Source: Pedobacter sp. (GTDB lineage: Bacteria; Desulfobacterota; Desulfuromonadia; Desulfuromonadales; Syntrophotaleaceae). From it: a stretch of 64,000 nucleotides of DNA. Shown in pieces: positions 40,771-51,694 of this stretch (position 1 is its first letter; each line of letters opens with the position of its first letter). The DNA lies in assembly GCA_050253415.1 (NCBI GenBank), contig JBFWJC010000001.1:1640679-1704678 (forward strand), given 5' to 3'. The notes under the pieces are model-generated. The model was not told where the DNA came from, did no database searches, and saw nothing but the letters and a program-made list of their open reading frames with translations. The position numbers and the translations under genes were made by a program.

Positions 40771-40921
40771 TGATGGCGTCGCAAAAAGTCCACCCTACAG
40801 CGTTGCGGCGTTTTTTCAGGACATCGACATACTAGGTGTATGCCTTCACCCCTGAAAAATCACCACGCCTTGTAGGACGAAAGTTTTGCTTAGCCATCCT
40901 ATAAGTTTTTCGTATGCATCA
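40771..40921. repeat. long imperfect palindromic intergenic element (REP/MITE-like)
   Basis: Nested GATGGC/GCCATC, GCAAAA/TTTTGC, CCTACA/TGTAGG, TTTTTCAGG/CCTGAAAAA, CATAC/GTATG; outer TGATG/CATCA. Confidence 0.72.
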
Positions 40922-41014
40922 TTTAGAGTAACAATTCAAGTCATTACGCGGCCGGCCAAGGTCTGGGGATTATCCACCTGAAGCCTGGTAAATCTGCCAG
41001 CGCGCTTAAAAAAC

Positions 41015-42421
41015 TCAGAACAGACCGAGTTGGTCGTCCGAATTCAAGCGCGGAAATTTCACAGGGTAGTTACCACTGAAACAGGCTTCGCAATAGTGTC
41101 CAGTGGCTCCCTTGGGGGCGCCGGCAATTTCAAGCATGCCTTCCAGGGAAAGGTACCCAAGAGTGTCGGCTGTAATGTAACGGCAGATTTCCTCGTTAGT
41201 GTGCGACGAGGCGATCAGCTCCTTGCGGGTGGGTGTATCTATCCCGTAGAAACAGGGGTAGGCGGTCGGCGGGGAGGATACCCGCATGTGAACTTCCTTG
41301 GCGCCGGCGTTACGTATCATTTTAATAATTTTGCGTGAAGTCGTACCACGGACAACCGAGTCGTCGATGACCACAACACGTTTACCTTCAAGCACCTCGC
41401 GAATAGCGTTGAGCTTGATCTTGACGCCGAAGTGGCGGATCGATTGTTGCGGCTCGATGAAGGTTCGACCGACATAGTGGTTGCGGATCAGGCCCATTTC
41501 AAAAGGGATGCCTGACTCTTCGGCGTAGCCGATGGCTGCAGGAACACCGGAGTCCGGGATAGGGATGACGATATCGGCTTCGACTTGGTGTTCGCGGGCC
41601 AATTGGCGGCCGAAACCCTTGCGGACCTGATAGACTTGTTGCCCAAACAGGGTGCTGTCAGGGCGGGCAAAATAGACGAATTCAAAAATGCAGGGGGATG
41701 GGGTGCGTTCTTCAAAAGGCCGGTAGGAGGTCATGCCGTTTTGATCGAAAACCACCATTTCACCGGGTTCGATTTCGCGCACATACCTGGCTTCGATCAG
41801 ATCGAGGGCACAGGTTTCGGAAGCAACCACGTAAGTGCCATCCACTTCGCCGAGCACCAGCGGGCGGAAGCCGTGGGGGTCGCGTACGGCAACCATGCGG
41901 GTTTCGGTCAGGAATACCAGGCTGTAAGCACCGCGTACCTGCCTTAAAGCTTCAGCGATGCGGTCGGGCAGGGAGTCGCTCTGGGCACGGGCCAACAGGT
42001 GAATGATGACTTCCGTGTCGGCGGTAGTGGAGAAAATGGACCCCTTTTCCTCAAGGGCACTGCGTACTTCACGGGCATTGACCAGATTGCCGTTATGCGC
42101 CACGGCTACGCTGCCGCGTGCATAGTCGACGGCAATGGGCTGGCAGTTACGGATGTTGTCGCCGCCGGCCGTGGAGTAACGTACGTGGCCTATAGCCGCA
42201 TTGCCTGCCAGTTTTTTGAAAATCTCGTCGTCTTTGAAGACGTCCGCCACCAGGCCGCTGCCGAGATGGGTTCGCAGGCGCGTGCCGTCGGAAGCGGAAA
42301 TGCCGCAACTTTCCTGGCCACGGTGCTGCAGGGCATAGAGCCCCAGATAGGTCAAGTTGGCGGCCTCGGGATGGTTGTAGATACCGAATACGCCGCACTC
42401 ATCTTCGTATTTATCAAACAT
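41015..42421 (-). CDS. purF: amidophosphoribosyltransferase
   Basis: ECGVFG after short propeptide, [30 protein letters not shown], Fe-S cysteines. Confidence 0.98.
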   Translation of the reverse strand: MFDKYEDECGVFGIYNHPEAANLTYLGLYALQHRGQESCGISASDGTRLRTHLGSGLVADVFKDDEIFKKLAGNAAIGHVRYSTAGGDNIRNCQPIAVDYARGSVAVAHNGNLVNAREVRSALEEKGSIFSTTADTEVIIHLLARAQSDSLPDRIAEALRQVRGAYSLVFLTETRMVAVRDPHGFRPLVLGEVDGTYVVASETCALDLIEARYVREIEPGEMVVFDQNGMTSYRPFEERTPSPCIFEFVYFARPDSTLFGQQVYQVRKGFGRQLAREHQVEADIVIPIPDSGVPAAIGYAEESGIPFEMGLIRNHYVGRTFIEPQQSIRHFGVKIKLNAIREVLEGKRVVVIDDSVVRGTTSRKIIKMIRNAGAKEVHMRVSSPPTAYPCFYGIDTPTRKELIASSHTNEEICRYITADTLGYLSLEGMLEIAGAPKGATGHYCEACFSGNYPVKFPRLNSDDQLGLF

Positions 42422-42617
42422 AAGACTGTAGAGCTCCCCGCTTGATGCTGTTTGGATAGTCGCGCAGAATTGCGCTGTTACCATAGTTTTTCAATATACC
42501 ATAACCCCGGAATTAGAGGCAGGGGGTTTTTGTATGGTCCTCATGGGGTGTTTTTCGTACCTGGGTTGTAATGAAGAGCCCATTCGGGAAGTATCGAATG
42601 GGCTCTTGCCATTAAAC

Positions 42618-43445
42618 CTAGAGAAGCTCGTCGCGGATAAAGCGCACCGCGTTTTGATATAACCAGAGGCCCATGCCTTCTTCTGGCAACTCCTCCTCGC
42701 GTGTCCAGCGAGGATGATGCGTCCGGTGCACGTAGGCTTCCGGATGAGGCATGAGACCGAACAGGCGGCCTGTTTCATCGCAGAGACCGGCAATGGCCGC
42801 CGTTGACCCGTTGGGGTTGAGGGGATAATCCATGGTGGTCGCACTGTAATCCGGCAGGCTGTACTTCAGAACCCCTAGGTGGTTTTCCTCAATGCGGGCC
42901 AAAGTGGCATCACTATCGACGACCAGTTTACCCTCACCGTGGCGTACGGGCAGGGTCATGCCTTCGATACCACGGGTGAAAATGCATGGCGAAGCCGGAT
43001 CCGCCTTCAGGTAGACCCAGCGATCTTCAAAGCGGCCATTGTCATTGAAGGTCAGAGTGGTGGTCTGGGAGAAATCTCCTCCCAGTGCCGGCAGCAGTCC
43101 CATTTTGACCATCAGCTGAAATCCGTTGCAGACTCCCATGATGAGTTTGCCGTCAGCGATGAACTTACGCAGATGCTCGCTCAGGTGCTCCTCGCTGTCC
43201 TTGATCGGCGCATGCAGCAACCTGTTGGCGCCGGCTTTGGCGCTGCCAAGGTCGTCGCCGTCAAGAAAACCGCCGGCCAGATTGAGGAAGTGGTAATCCT
43301 GCAGCAGCACCCGGCCACTGAGTAACTCGGAAATATGGACGATATCAACCACCTCGGCACCGCCCAGGCGGATGGCATGAGCCGTCTCCCGTTCGCAGTT
43401 GGTACCGTTGCCGGCGATGACGATGGCACGTACTTGTTTGGACAT
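42618..43445 (-). CDS. purQ: FGAM synthase glutaminase subunit
   Basis: GTNCERET, GGFLDGD, GVCNGFQ, HGEG, GLMPHPE. Confidence 0.96.
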   Translation of the reverse strand: MSKQVRAIVIAGNGTNCERETAHAIRLGGAEVVDIVHISELLSGRVLLQDYHFLNLAGGFLDGDDLGSAKAGANRLLHAPIKDSEEHLSEHLRKFIADGKLIMGVCNGFQLMVKMGLLPALGGDFSQTTTLTFNDNGRFEDRWVYLKADPASPCIFTRGIEGMTLPVRHGEGKLVVDSDATLARIEENHLGVLKYSLPDYSATTMDYPLNPNGSTAAIAGLCDETGRLFGLMPHPEAYVHRTHHPRWTREEELPEEGMGLWLYQNAVRFIRDELL

Positions 43446-43448
43446 AAC

Positions 43449-46430
43449 TTACATCTCCCTTAACGGCGCCTGCCACGCCTCTTTGAGATCATCGATATGG
43501 GCCCGCACCAGGATTTCACCGCCGAGGCCGACGATGCGCAGTTCCTTGTCTTCGGTCACGGTGCCGAGCAAAGAGAGATCCTGTCCGGCAAATACCTTTT
43601 CAAAGGCCGCCTGGTTGTCAGGGCGCACCGTGACCAGCAAGCGGCTGGCCGATTCAGAGAACAAAACGGCATCTTCGCGCAGTACTTCGTCGCATTTGAC
43701 TTTGCAAAGATCCACGTGCATGCCAAAGCCACCGGCAAAGGCCGTTTCCGCCAGGGCAACGCCCAGACCGCCATCGGAAAGGTCGTGGCAGCTGGCCAGC
43801 AGGCCCTGTTCCTGGGCCTGATTTATGCTGCGGTAACGCTGCAGAGCTGTGGCAGCGTCGACTTTAGGCACGTTTTTGCCCAAGTGGCCGAGCATATCGT
43901 AGTATTCCGATGCGCCCAGTTCGTTGCGGGTGGTACCGAGCAGGTAAACCAGGTCGCCGGGGCGCTTGGCATCCATGGTAACACCCTTGCGGATATCGTC
44001 CGTTTTGCCGATAACCGAGAACAGTACCGTCGGCGGAATGGAAATCTTGGTGTCGCCGATCTGGTAGTCGTTTTTCATGGAGTCCTTGCCCGAGATCAGC
44101 GGAACTCCGAAAGCCAGACAGTAATCGTACAGGGCTTTGTTGGCGCGAACCAGCTGGGCGGCTTTGTATTCACCATCCGGGGTCCTGTCGCTTTGCACCG
44201 GATCGCACCAGCAGAAGTTGTCAAGCCCGGCGACATGCTCGATATTGCCGCCTACGGCGACGTAGTTGCGCAGACCTTCGTCGATGGCGCAGGCCATCAT
44301 GTGGTAGGTATCGATGTCGCTGTAACTCGGAGTGATACCATGGGCGACGACAATGCCTTCAAAGGAGTCGGGCAGGGGACGGACCATGGCGGCATCGGCC
44401 GGGCCGTCGTTGGCCACGCCGACCAGAGGTTTCAGGACAGTGCCGGCCTGAACCTCATGGTCGTAGCGACGCACCACGCTCTCCTTGGAGCAGATATCCA
44501 GTCTTGCCAGCATATGGCGCAGGGTCGCGTCCATATCGAGGGGTTGGCTGAACTCCGGTTCCTGGAAACCACGGTCTTCCCAACGGGCCTGCAGTTTTAG
44601 TTGCGGTACCCCCTGATGCAAAAATTCCATGGGCAGGTAGGTAACCGTCTTGCCATTATACAGGCAATGGTAATATCCGGAATCGTTAAAAACACCCAGG
44701 TCGGTGGCTTCCACGTCCATCTCTTTGGCCAGGGCGAGGAATTCCTCCACCTTGTCCTCGGGAACCGCAACGGTCATGCGTTCCTGGGCCTCGGAGATGA
44801 GAATTTCCCAGGGTTGCAGGCCGGAATATTTCAGCGGCGCGCGATCCAGGTGCATTTCGAAGCCGCCGGTGTCCTCGGCCATTTCCCCAACGGATGACGA
44901 CAGGCCGCCGGCACCGTTGTCGGTGATGGAGTTATACATGCCGCGATCGCGGGCAATGATCAAAAAGTCGAACATGCGCTTCTGGGTGATCGGGTCGCCG
45001 ATCTGTACCGCTGTGGCGGGCGATCCTTCGTGCAGTTCTTCGGAGGAGAAGGTTGCGCCGTGGATGCCGTCTTTGCCTATGCGGCCGCCGATCATCATGA
45101 TGCGATCGCCCACTTTGGCCAGTTTGACGTGTCCGGGTTGGCCATGGATTTCAGCCGGCATCAGAGCGGCGGTGCCGCAATAGACCAGCGGCTTGCCGGC
45201 AAACCGGTCGTCGAACACGATCGAACCGTTGACTGTGGGGACGCCGCTCTTGTTCCCGCCATGTTCAACACCTTCTACCACGCCCTCAAAAATCCGGCGC
45301 GGATGCAACAGGCGCGGAGGCAGAGGCTCGTCGTAAAAAGGCGAGGCGAAGCAGAATACGTCGGTGTTGAAAATCAGCCGCGCACCCATGCCGGTTCCGA
45401 AGGGGTCGCGGTTGACGCCGACGATCCCGGTCAGCGCTCCGCCGTAAGGATCCAGGGCGCTGGGGGAATTGTGAGTTTCAACCTTGAACACCAGACTCCA
45501 GTCGTCGTTGAAACGAATGACCCCGGCGTTGTCCTTGAATACCGACAGGCAGAAATCCTTATCCCCCTTGGCGGCGCGTACGTCGCGGGTGACTCCAACG
45601 ATAAAGGTCTTGAACAACGAATCGATGGTCTCGGTATGGCCGTTGCCATCGTCGTAGTTAATCTTGGCTGAAAAGATTTTGTGCTTACAGTGTTCACTCC
45701 AGGTCTGGGCCAGAGCTTCGAGCTCCACATCGGTCAGGCCGGCGGTGAGTCCCACCTTGGTACGTTCAGCCTGCATTTGCGGGTCGTTGGCAAAGGCCTG
45801 AATGACCTTCATCTCCTCCAGGTTCAGTGCCAGCACGCCATCGCGGCTGATGCGCATCAGTTCCTCGTCGGAAACGTTCAGATCGATTTCCCGCACCTTC
45901 GGTTCGGCAGTCGAGACCACCTTGGGTACCGTAACCGGCACGCCGATTTTGCGGTCAAAGTCTGCGGCGGGAATGATGGTCCAGCGCTGAATCAGACCGT
46001 TGCCGAGAAAGCCGGCTGCAATACGCTCAGCTGCGTCTTCATTGATCTGTCCGCTCAGCAGGTATTGCACCGATGTGTAAACGCCTTCATCCGCGTTTAA
46101 CGGGTGACCGACGATGTACTGGATGGCTTCGCGGGAAGTGCGGCCGACGTTGTCGGTGACGCCTGGCCGGAAGCCGACTTCGATAAGGACATCGAACTGA
46201 CCAGCCAGTGGGCGGTTGATGGCGTAATTTTGAATGACCGGATCCGAAAAGGGCCCCTTGGCGGCTGCCTCGACCTCTTGTTGGGACAGGTCGGCATCGA
46301 TTGTGTAGACATCAATCGTATTTACCTGGTCCAATTCGATCCCAAGGTGTTCTCGGATCTCGCGCTTGACGCGTTCGCCGCGCGCATCCCGAATACCTTC
46401 TTTCAGTCCGACTTCTACTCTCCAGGCCAT
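43449..46430 (-). CDS. purL: FGAM synthase PurL with N-terminal PurS-like extension
   Basis: QTWSEHCKHK, KVETHNSPS, GGRIGKDGIHGA, DNGAGGLSS, SEAQERM, SGKDS, HDLSDGG. Confidence 0.96.
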   Translation of the reverse strand: MAWRVEVGLKEGIRDARGERVKREIREHLGIELDQVNTIDVYTIDADLSQQEVEAAAKGPFSDPVIQNYAINRPLAGQFDVLIEVGFRPGVTDNVGRTSREAIQYIVGHPLNADEGVYTSVQYLLSGQINEDAAERIAAGFLGNGLIQRWTIIPAADFDRKIGVPVTVPKVVSTAEPKVREIDLNVSDEELMRISRDGVLALNLEEMKVIQAFANDPQMQAERTKVGLTAGLTDVELEALAQTWSEHCKHKIFSAKINYDDGNGHTETIDSLFKTFIVGVTRDVRAAKGDKDFCLSVFKDNAGVIRFNDDWSLVFKVETHNSPSALDPYGGALTGIVGVNRDPFGTGMGARLIFNTDVFCFASPFYDEPLPPRLLHPRRIFEGVVEGVEHGGNKSGVPTVNGSIVFDDRFAGKPLVYCGTAALMPAEIHGQPGHVKLAKVGDRIMMIGGRIGKDGIHGATFSSEELHEGSPATAVQIGDPITQKRMFDFLIIARDRGMYNSITDNGAGGLSSSVGEMAEDTGGFEMHLDRAPLKYSGLQPWEILISEAQERMTVAVPEDKVEEFLALAKEMDVEATDLGVFNDSGYYHCLYNGKTVTYLPMEFLHQGVPQLKLQARWEDRGFQEPEFSQPLDMDATLRHMLARLDICSKESVVRRYDHEVQAGTVLKPLVGVANDGPADAAMVRPLPDSFEGIVVAHGITPSYSDIDTYHMMACAIDEGLRNYVAVGGNIEHVAGLDNFCWCDPVQSDRTPDGEYKAAQLVRANKALYDYCLAFGVPLISGKDSMKNDYQIGDTKISIPPTVLFSVIGKTDDIRKGVTMDAKRPGDLVYLLGTTRNELGASEYYDMLGHLGKNVPKVDAATALQRYRSINQAQEQGLLASCHDLSDGGLGVALAETAFAGGFGMHVDLCKVKCDEVLREDAVLFSESASRLLVTVRPDNQAAFEKVFAGQDLSLLGTVTEDKELRIVGLGGEILVRAHIDDLKEAWQAPLREM

Positions 46431-46664
46431 TATGCTCTCCTAGGCAAGGGTGAACCGGTAAACGTCATACGGCGGCCTGCAGGCCGCCGTGCCGCACGGG
46501 AGGTTGGAGTGCAACGGTTCCCGCCGGTAATTGTCATGAATACTATATCGTTATATATGCGCATGCGATTTCATGAACATAGAGTGTTCGAAAGACCATG
46601 GGCGCTGTTTGCCTTTTGGTCTTCGAGCAAAAAGTGAGTATGTCTACAAATGCGCCTTGCGGTG

Positions 46665-47435
46665 CTACCAGGTGAAACGGGCGCTGGGGTTGTTCTGGCT
46701 TCCGATAAATAAGCGGGTCGAGCTGTCGCCTTGATCCTCAAACACCTTGCGCGCAGAGGATTCCGCCAGTTGAGGCGTATTGTTCGTTTCGCTCAGGTGC
46801 GCCAGGAATACCGCTTCCAGGCCGTCCCAGTAAAGATTGCGCAGCAGTTCCGCGCATTCGTTGTTGGACAAATGCCCGTGTCGACTGCGTACACGCTGTT
46901 TGAGATGCCATGGATAGGGACCGTCCCGAAGCAGGTCTTCGTCGTGGTTCGATTCCAGAATCAGTACGCGACATCCCTTGAAACGGTCGACGACCAGCCT
47001 GGTGGCAAGGCCAAGATCCGTGACAATGCCAATTTTGCCTTTTGATGTCGACAGGACAAATCCGGTTGGTGCTACGGCATCATGCGTTATCGGGACGGTT
47101 TCGACTTCTATGTCCCGCAGGCAGAACGTATCGCCGGAATCAAATTCAACCGTATGGTCCAGTTTGCCCACCTTGGGCAGTGCATCGCGTGTAGCATGAT
47201 GCACATGTACTGGCAGTTTCCAGCGCCGAGCGACCGGGCCAAGTCCGCGGCAATGATCACCGTGTTCGTGGGTAACCAGGACGGCGTCAAGATTTTCCGG
47301 TAACGCTCCAATGACGTTTAGCCGGTAGCCGATTTCGCGGGCCGATAGGCCTGCGTCGATCAGCAACCGGCTTTCGGCTGTTTCGACATAAATAGCGTTG
47401 CCTTTACTGCCGCTGGCCAGTAAACAGACTTGCAC
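46665..47435 (-). CDS. MBL-fold metallo-hydrolase (YycJ/WalJ-like)
   Basis: LASGSKGNA, THEHGDH, HDA, TDLG, ESNHD, GHLSN, AHLSETNN. Confidence 0.93.
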   Translation of the reverse strand: MQVCLLASGSKGNAIYVETAESRLLIDAGLSAREIGYRLNVIGALPENLDAVLVTHEHGDHCRGLGPVARRWKLPVHVHHATRDALPKVGKLDHTVEFDSGDTFCLRDIEVETVPITHDAVAPTGFVLSTSKGKIGIVTDLGLATRLVVDRFKGCRVLILESNHDEDLLRDGPYPWHLKQRVRSRHGHLSNNECAELLRNLYWDGLEAVFLAHLSETNNTPQLAESSARKVFEDQGDSSTRLFIGSQNNPSARFTW

Positions 47436-48101
47436 GAATCCTCCCTGTTTTTATCGGCGCGGCGCCGTTTATATACCGGAAAACGGTCGTGTTCGCAAGA
47501 TAAAATGAACTCCGCAAGGTACCGGGCCGTTCCCGGGAAGTGTATGCCTTGAGTCTTATCGGCACCATAAAGCGGGAATCTTGCCCGGTAATGGAGTATT
47601 GCAATAAGTCTGTCGCAATGCTGAGTGGAATGAACTGATACAGCGTTTGCCGTTTTCTGCAAAACAAGGTAAGTCCGTGTCTCGCAAAGTCTGTAAGGCT
47701 GATGGTTGTATGAAAACAAACGTAACCTGACAGAGGTACAGCACACTAAGGCGATCTGTCGATTTTAACAGGTTTTCTTATATCTATGCGGTCTTTGAGA
47801 CAGTAGACCAATAAACAAAATTATTTACGGTTTTATCTGATTTGCTGCCGAGGTGGCTGAAAAGATACGAGCATTCTGGGTGTTAATTCCGGATTAGCAT
47901 TCAAGATGTGCTTGCACTTTATGCATTGGTTCAACAGGCCTGTGTGCCCCTAGGGACGGAATTGGCCAAGCTTGTCCGCGTTGGAAATATTCTGGAATAA
48001 TGTGGTGCGGCGAGCTATGTCGATCTCTGTTCAGCCCCTGAAGCAATACCATATCGGCCTTAAAAGCACAACCGCGCAATGGTTTTTTCCAGGGAAAGCG
48101 G

Positions 48102-48130
48102 TTGACGATTCCGGGGGGATTGGCTATCAT
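48102..48130 (+). promoter_or_regulatory. putative sigma70 promoter for gap-pgk
   Basis: TTGACG-N17-TATCAT. Confidence 0.6.
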
Positions 48131-48243
48131 CAATCGCTTTGTTGGTTTTTGGTTTTGTGTTTATAACCTGTTGTTTTTATGGGGATGTTAGCGTTTTTCT
48201 GGTCTTTTTCAGGGCCTTTTTCTCGTTTAGGAGCAAGGTGGTA

Positions 48244-49245
48244 ATGGCGGTAAAAGTGGCAATCAACGGCTTCGGTCGCATCGGACGCAGTATCTTTCGT
48301 GCGGTTTGGGCTGCTGAAGGCGTCGAAATTGTGGCGATTAATGACCTCAATCCGGCGGAAGTTCTGGCGCATCTGCTGAAGTATGACTCCGTGCGGGGGA
48401 TCTTCGCGCCTCCGGTACAGGTAACTGCCAAGGGGTTGATGGTTGCCGGGCGACTGATAAGAGTGTGCGAGAGGCATGACCCTGCCGAGCTGCCCTGGCG
48501 CGAACTCGGTGTTGACATCGTGCTTGAAGCGACCGGCAAGTTTACCGAACGTGCCCAAGCCGCCAAGCATCTCGATGCAGGGGCCAGTCGCGTTATTATT
48601 ACCGCACCCGGAAGCGGTGAGGACATCACATTGTGCATGGGGATCAACCATCATAAATTCGACCCTGAGACGCACCTAATCCTTTCCAATGCATCCTGTA
48701 CAACCAACTGTCTGGCGCCGGTAGCCAAGGTCCTGATGGAAAACTTCGGCATCGTCAAGGGCATGATGACCACCGTGCATGCCTATACCAACGGACAGCA
48801 GATTCTCGATTACCCGGCAAAGGACCTACGCAGAGCAAGGGCGGCAGCTCTTTCCATGATCCCGACCACGACGGGCGCTGCGCGAGCGGTCGCCAAGGTG
48901 CTGCCTGAACTGGCCGGTCGGCTTGACGGTATTGCAGTGCGGGTGCCGACCCCCAACGTCTCCCTTATCTCGCTGGTGGCCGAGACCGAACGCAACACCA
49001 CTATCGAGGCTGTAAATAATGCTATGCTAAACGCGGCAGAAGGCTCCTTGAAAGGGATTCTGGCCTATTGCGAGGAACCGTTGGTCTCCGTCGATTTTAA
49101 CGGCAATCCGGCTTCGTCGGTGGTCGATGCGCTTTCCACCAATGTGCTCGGTGGCAATATGGTCAAAGTGCTTGCCTGGTACGACAACGAATGGGGTTAT
49201 TCCAACCGGGTGGTCGATTTAGTCCGATATGTTGCATCATGCTGA
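48244..49245 (+). CDS. gap: type I glyceraldehyde-3-phosphate dehydrogenase
   Basis: INGFGRIGR, SNASCTTNCLAP, PTTTGAA, WYDNEWGYSNR. Confidence 0.97.
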   Translation: MAVKVAINGFGRIGRSIFRAVWAAEGVEIVAINDLNPAEVLAHLLKYDSVRGIFAPPVQVTAKGLMVAGRLIRVCERHDPAELPWRELGVDIVLEATGKFTERAQAAKHLDAGASRVIITAPGSGEDITLCMGINHHKFDPETHLILSNASCTTNCLAPVAKVLMENFGIVKGMMTTVHAYTNGQQILDYPAKDLRRARAAALSMIPTTTGAARAVAKVLPELAGRLDGIAVRVPTPNVSLISLVAETERNTTIEAVNNAMLNAAEGSLKGILAYCEEPLVSVDFNGNPASSVVDALSTNVLGGNMVKVLAWYDNEWGYSNRVVDLVRYVASC

Positions 49246-49343
49246 TAAAGTTCTAAAGTGTTATGGGCGACGGTGGCGACACATGTCCTCACTGGTGCCC
49301 GGTGTCATCATGCCATTTTAATAATTGCCTGCGGGAGGTTTTT

Positions 49344-50534
49344 ATGTTCAGCAAAATGACCGTAAAGGATGTTGATTTTAAAGGTAAACGTGTTTTTTGC
49401 CGCGTCGACTTTAATGTGCCTCTCGACAAAAACGGACAGATTACGGACGACACGCGTATCGTTGCCGCGCTGCCAACCATAAAGCATATTCTCGCCCAGG
49501 GTGGTCGTTTGATTCTCGCTTCCCATCTGGGTCGTCCCAAAGGTGTCCCCAAGCCTGAATTCAGCTTGGCGCCAGCCGCCCAACATCTCGGCAAGCTGCT
49601 TGCCCAAGAGGTAACCATGGCGCCGGATTGTATCGGCACCGAAGTGGAACAATTGGTTGCCGGTTTGACCGATGGCGCGGTGCTGATGCTTGAAAATGTC
49701 CGTTTTCATAAAGGGGAGACCGACAACGATCCTGCGTTCTGCGCACAACTGGCGGCTCTGGCCGATGTCTATGTCAATGATGCCTTTGGCACTGCGCATC
49801 GCGCCCATGCTTCCACCGAAGGAGTGGCGCGTCTGCTGTCGCCCGCAGTAGCCGGTTTTCTTATCGAAAAAGAATTGCGCTATCTGGGTGAGGCGATTGC
49901 CGAGCCGGTGCGCCCCTTCGTCGCGGTGCTGGGTGGCGCCAAGGTGTCCGATAAGCTGCCGGCCATCGAAAGCCTGCTCGGAAAAGTGGATTCTCTGATT
50001 ATCGGTGGAGGCATGGCCTACACCTTTCTTAAAGCCAAAGGATATGATCTTGGAAGCTCCCTGATCGAAGAGGAACGACTGGGCATGGCTGCCGAACTTA
50101 TGGAACAAGCCGCCTCCAAGGGAGTCGCACTGCTGTTACCCGAGGATCATGTGGCCGCCTCCGAATTTAAAGCCGAGGCCGAGCATAAAATCTGCGGAAA
50201 TGAAAATTTTCCAGCTGGCTGGATGGGGTTGGACATCGGACCTAAGACTATAGCCCGGTTCAGCGAGGTACTGAGCACGGCCGGTACTGTGGTGTGGAAC
50301 GGGCCGATGGGGGTATTCGAATTCGACGCCTTTGCCCAGGGAACCTTTGCCGTCGCACGGGTGCTGGCTGAATCAAAGGCTGTCTCCATCATCGGTGGTG
50401 GGGATTCTGCAGCAGCAGCCAAAAAGTCCGGGCTGGCGGATAAAATGACCCACATTTCCACGGGTGGCGGAGCCTCACTGGAGTTTCTTGAGGGGAAGGT
50501 CTTGCCCGGAATTGTCGCTTTGACCGATAAGTGA
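49344..50534 (+). CDS. pgk: phosphoglycerate kinase
   Basis: [45 protein letters not shown]. Confidence 0.98.
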   Translation: MFSKMTVKDVDFKGKRVFCRVDFNVPLDKNGQITDDTRIVAALPTIKHILAQGGRLILASHLGRPKGVPKPEFSLAPAAQHLGKLLAQEVTMAPDCIGTEVEQLVAGLTDGAVLMLENVRFHKGETDNDPAFCAQLAALADVYVNDAFGTAHRAHASTEGVARLLSPAVAGFLIEKELRYLGEAIAEPVRPFVAVLGGAKVSDKLPAIESLLGKVDSLIIGGGMAYTFLKAKGYDLGSSLIEEERLGMAAELMEQAASKGVALLLPEDHVAASEFKAEAEHKICGNENFPAGWMGLDIGPKTIARFSEVLSTAGTVVWNGPMGVFEFDAFAQGTFAVARVLAESKAVSIIGGGDSAAAAKKSGLADKMTHISTGGGASLEFLEGKVLPGIVALTDK

Positions 50535-50804
50535 CAGGCCTGATCTGACAGTTAGCTTGATCTCTGTCCTGCGGGCCTCATGAGGCTGTATCGATTTAAA
50601 GATGAATAAAGTGCATGCTGGCCGTGGGGTGCGCTGCTTCACCGAGCATGGCTTTGAAAGTGTTTCGAGAGTTGCTCCGCTTGCTTTGCGAACTCTGCGG
50701 TGAACGAGAGTTCTGTTTTATACTCAATTCATTTTGTAAACATTTGTGTTTTTTTGCGCCGGTTTGGCGTGGGCTAAATTTACTGCATTGTCCGGAGGGA
50801 AAAG

Positions 50805-51563
50805 ATGCGCAGACCCTTTATTGCCGGAAACTGGAAACTACATAAAACAAGAGCGGAATCCATTGCCTTGGTAGAGAAACTCAAGGCTGGTCTTGTCGAC
50901 ATTGTGGATCGTGACATTGTCGTTGCGCCTGTGTTTACATCCCTGTCTTCCGTGGCAGCTGTTCTGTCCGATAGCAATGTGTCCTTGGCTGCTCAGAACT
51001 GTTATCCTGAAACCCAGGGGGCATTTACCGGAGAGGTGTCGCCGGCTTTACTGGCTGATGCCGGTTGCCGTTACGTGATTGTCGGACATTCCGAGCGCCG
51101 TCAGCTTTTTGGCGAAACCGACGCATTTATCAACCGCAAGGCCAGGGCGGTGATCGCTGCCGGCATGTATGCGATTTTCTGTATCGGTGAAACGCTGGAA
51201 GAGCGGGAGGCCGATAAAACTTTCGAAGTGCTTAAACAACAGGTGCTTGCCGGTCTGGAAGGCCTTACATCCGGGGACATGAGCCAAGTCGTCTTGGCTT
51301 ACGAGCCTGTGTGGGCCATAGGTACCGGTAAAACGGCCAGTGACGAGCAGGCCCAACAGGCGCATAACTTCATTCGTCAGCTGATCGCTGATTTATTCGA
51401 CCACAGAGTTGCTCAGCAACTGCGGATTGTTTATGGTGGCAGCGTCAAGCCTGATAATGTCGATGGTCTTCTGCGGCAACCCGATATTGACGGTGCTCTG
51501 GTTGGCGGGGCCAGCCTGAAAGCCGAGGACTTTATTCGTATCGTGCGGTTTCAAGCCGTTTAA
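50805..51563 (+). CDS. tpiA: triosephosphate isomerase
   Basis: AGNWK, GHSERR, AYEPVWAIGTG, YGGSV, LVGGASL. Confidence 0.98.
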   Translation: MRRPFIAGNWKLHKTRAESIALVEKLKAGLVDIVDRDIVVAPVFTSLSSVAAVLSDSNVSLAAQNCYPETQGAFTGEVSPALLADAGCRYVIVGHSERRQLFGETDAFINRKARAVIAAGMYAIFCIGETLEEREADKTFEVLKQQVLAGLEGLTSGDMSQVVLAYEPVWAIGTGKTASDEQAQQAHNFIRQLIADLFDHRVAQQLRIVYGGSVKPDNVDGLLRQPDIDGALVGGASLKAEDFIRIVRFQAV

Positions 51564-51694
51564 GAAAAAAGCTTTATGCTGTCTGCAAAAGATCTTTATG
51601 TAGATGGTGCATCGTATTGGTCCTTTTCATTTGCAACGATGTGTGTTAGCTTTTCCGCTTCAAAGAATCGAGTTCACTTTAGGAGTTGATGAAA

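Noticed and set aside
48780..48830. GAPDH variant TNGQ in place of TNDQ as a sign of altered specificity
   Set aside because: This position varies among ordinary GAPDHs; the catalytic Cys/His and gap-pgk-tpiA context are standard.
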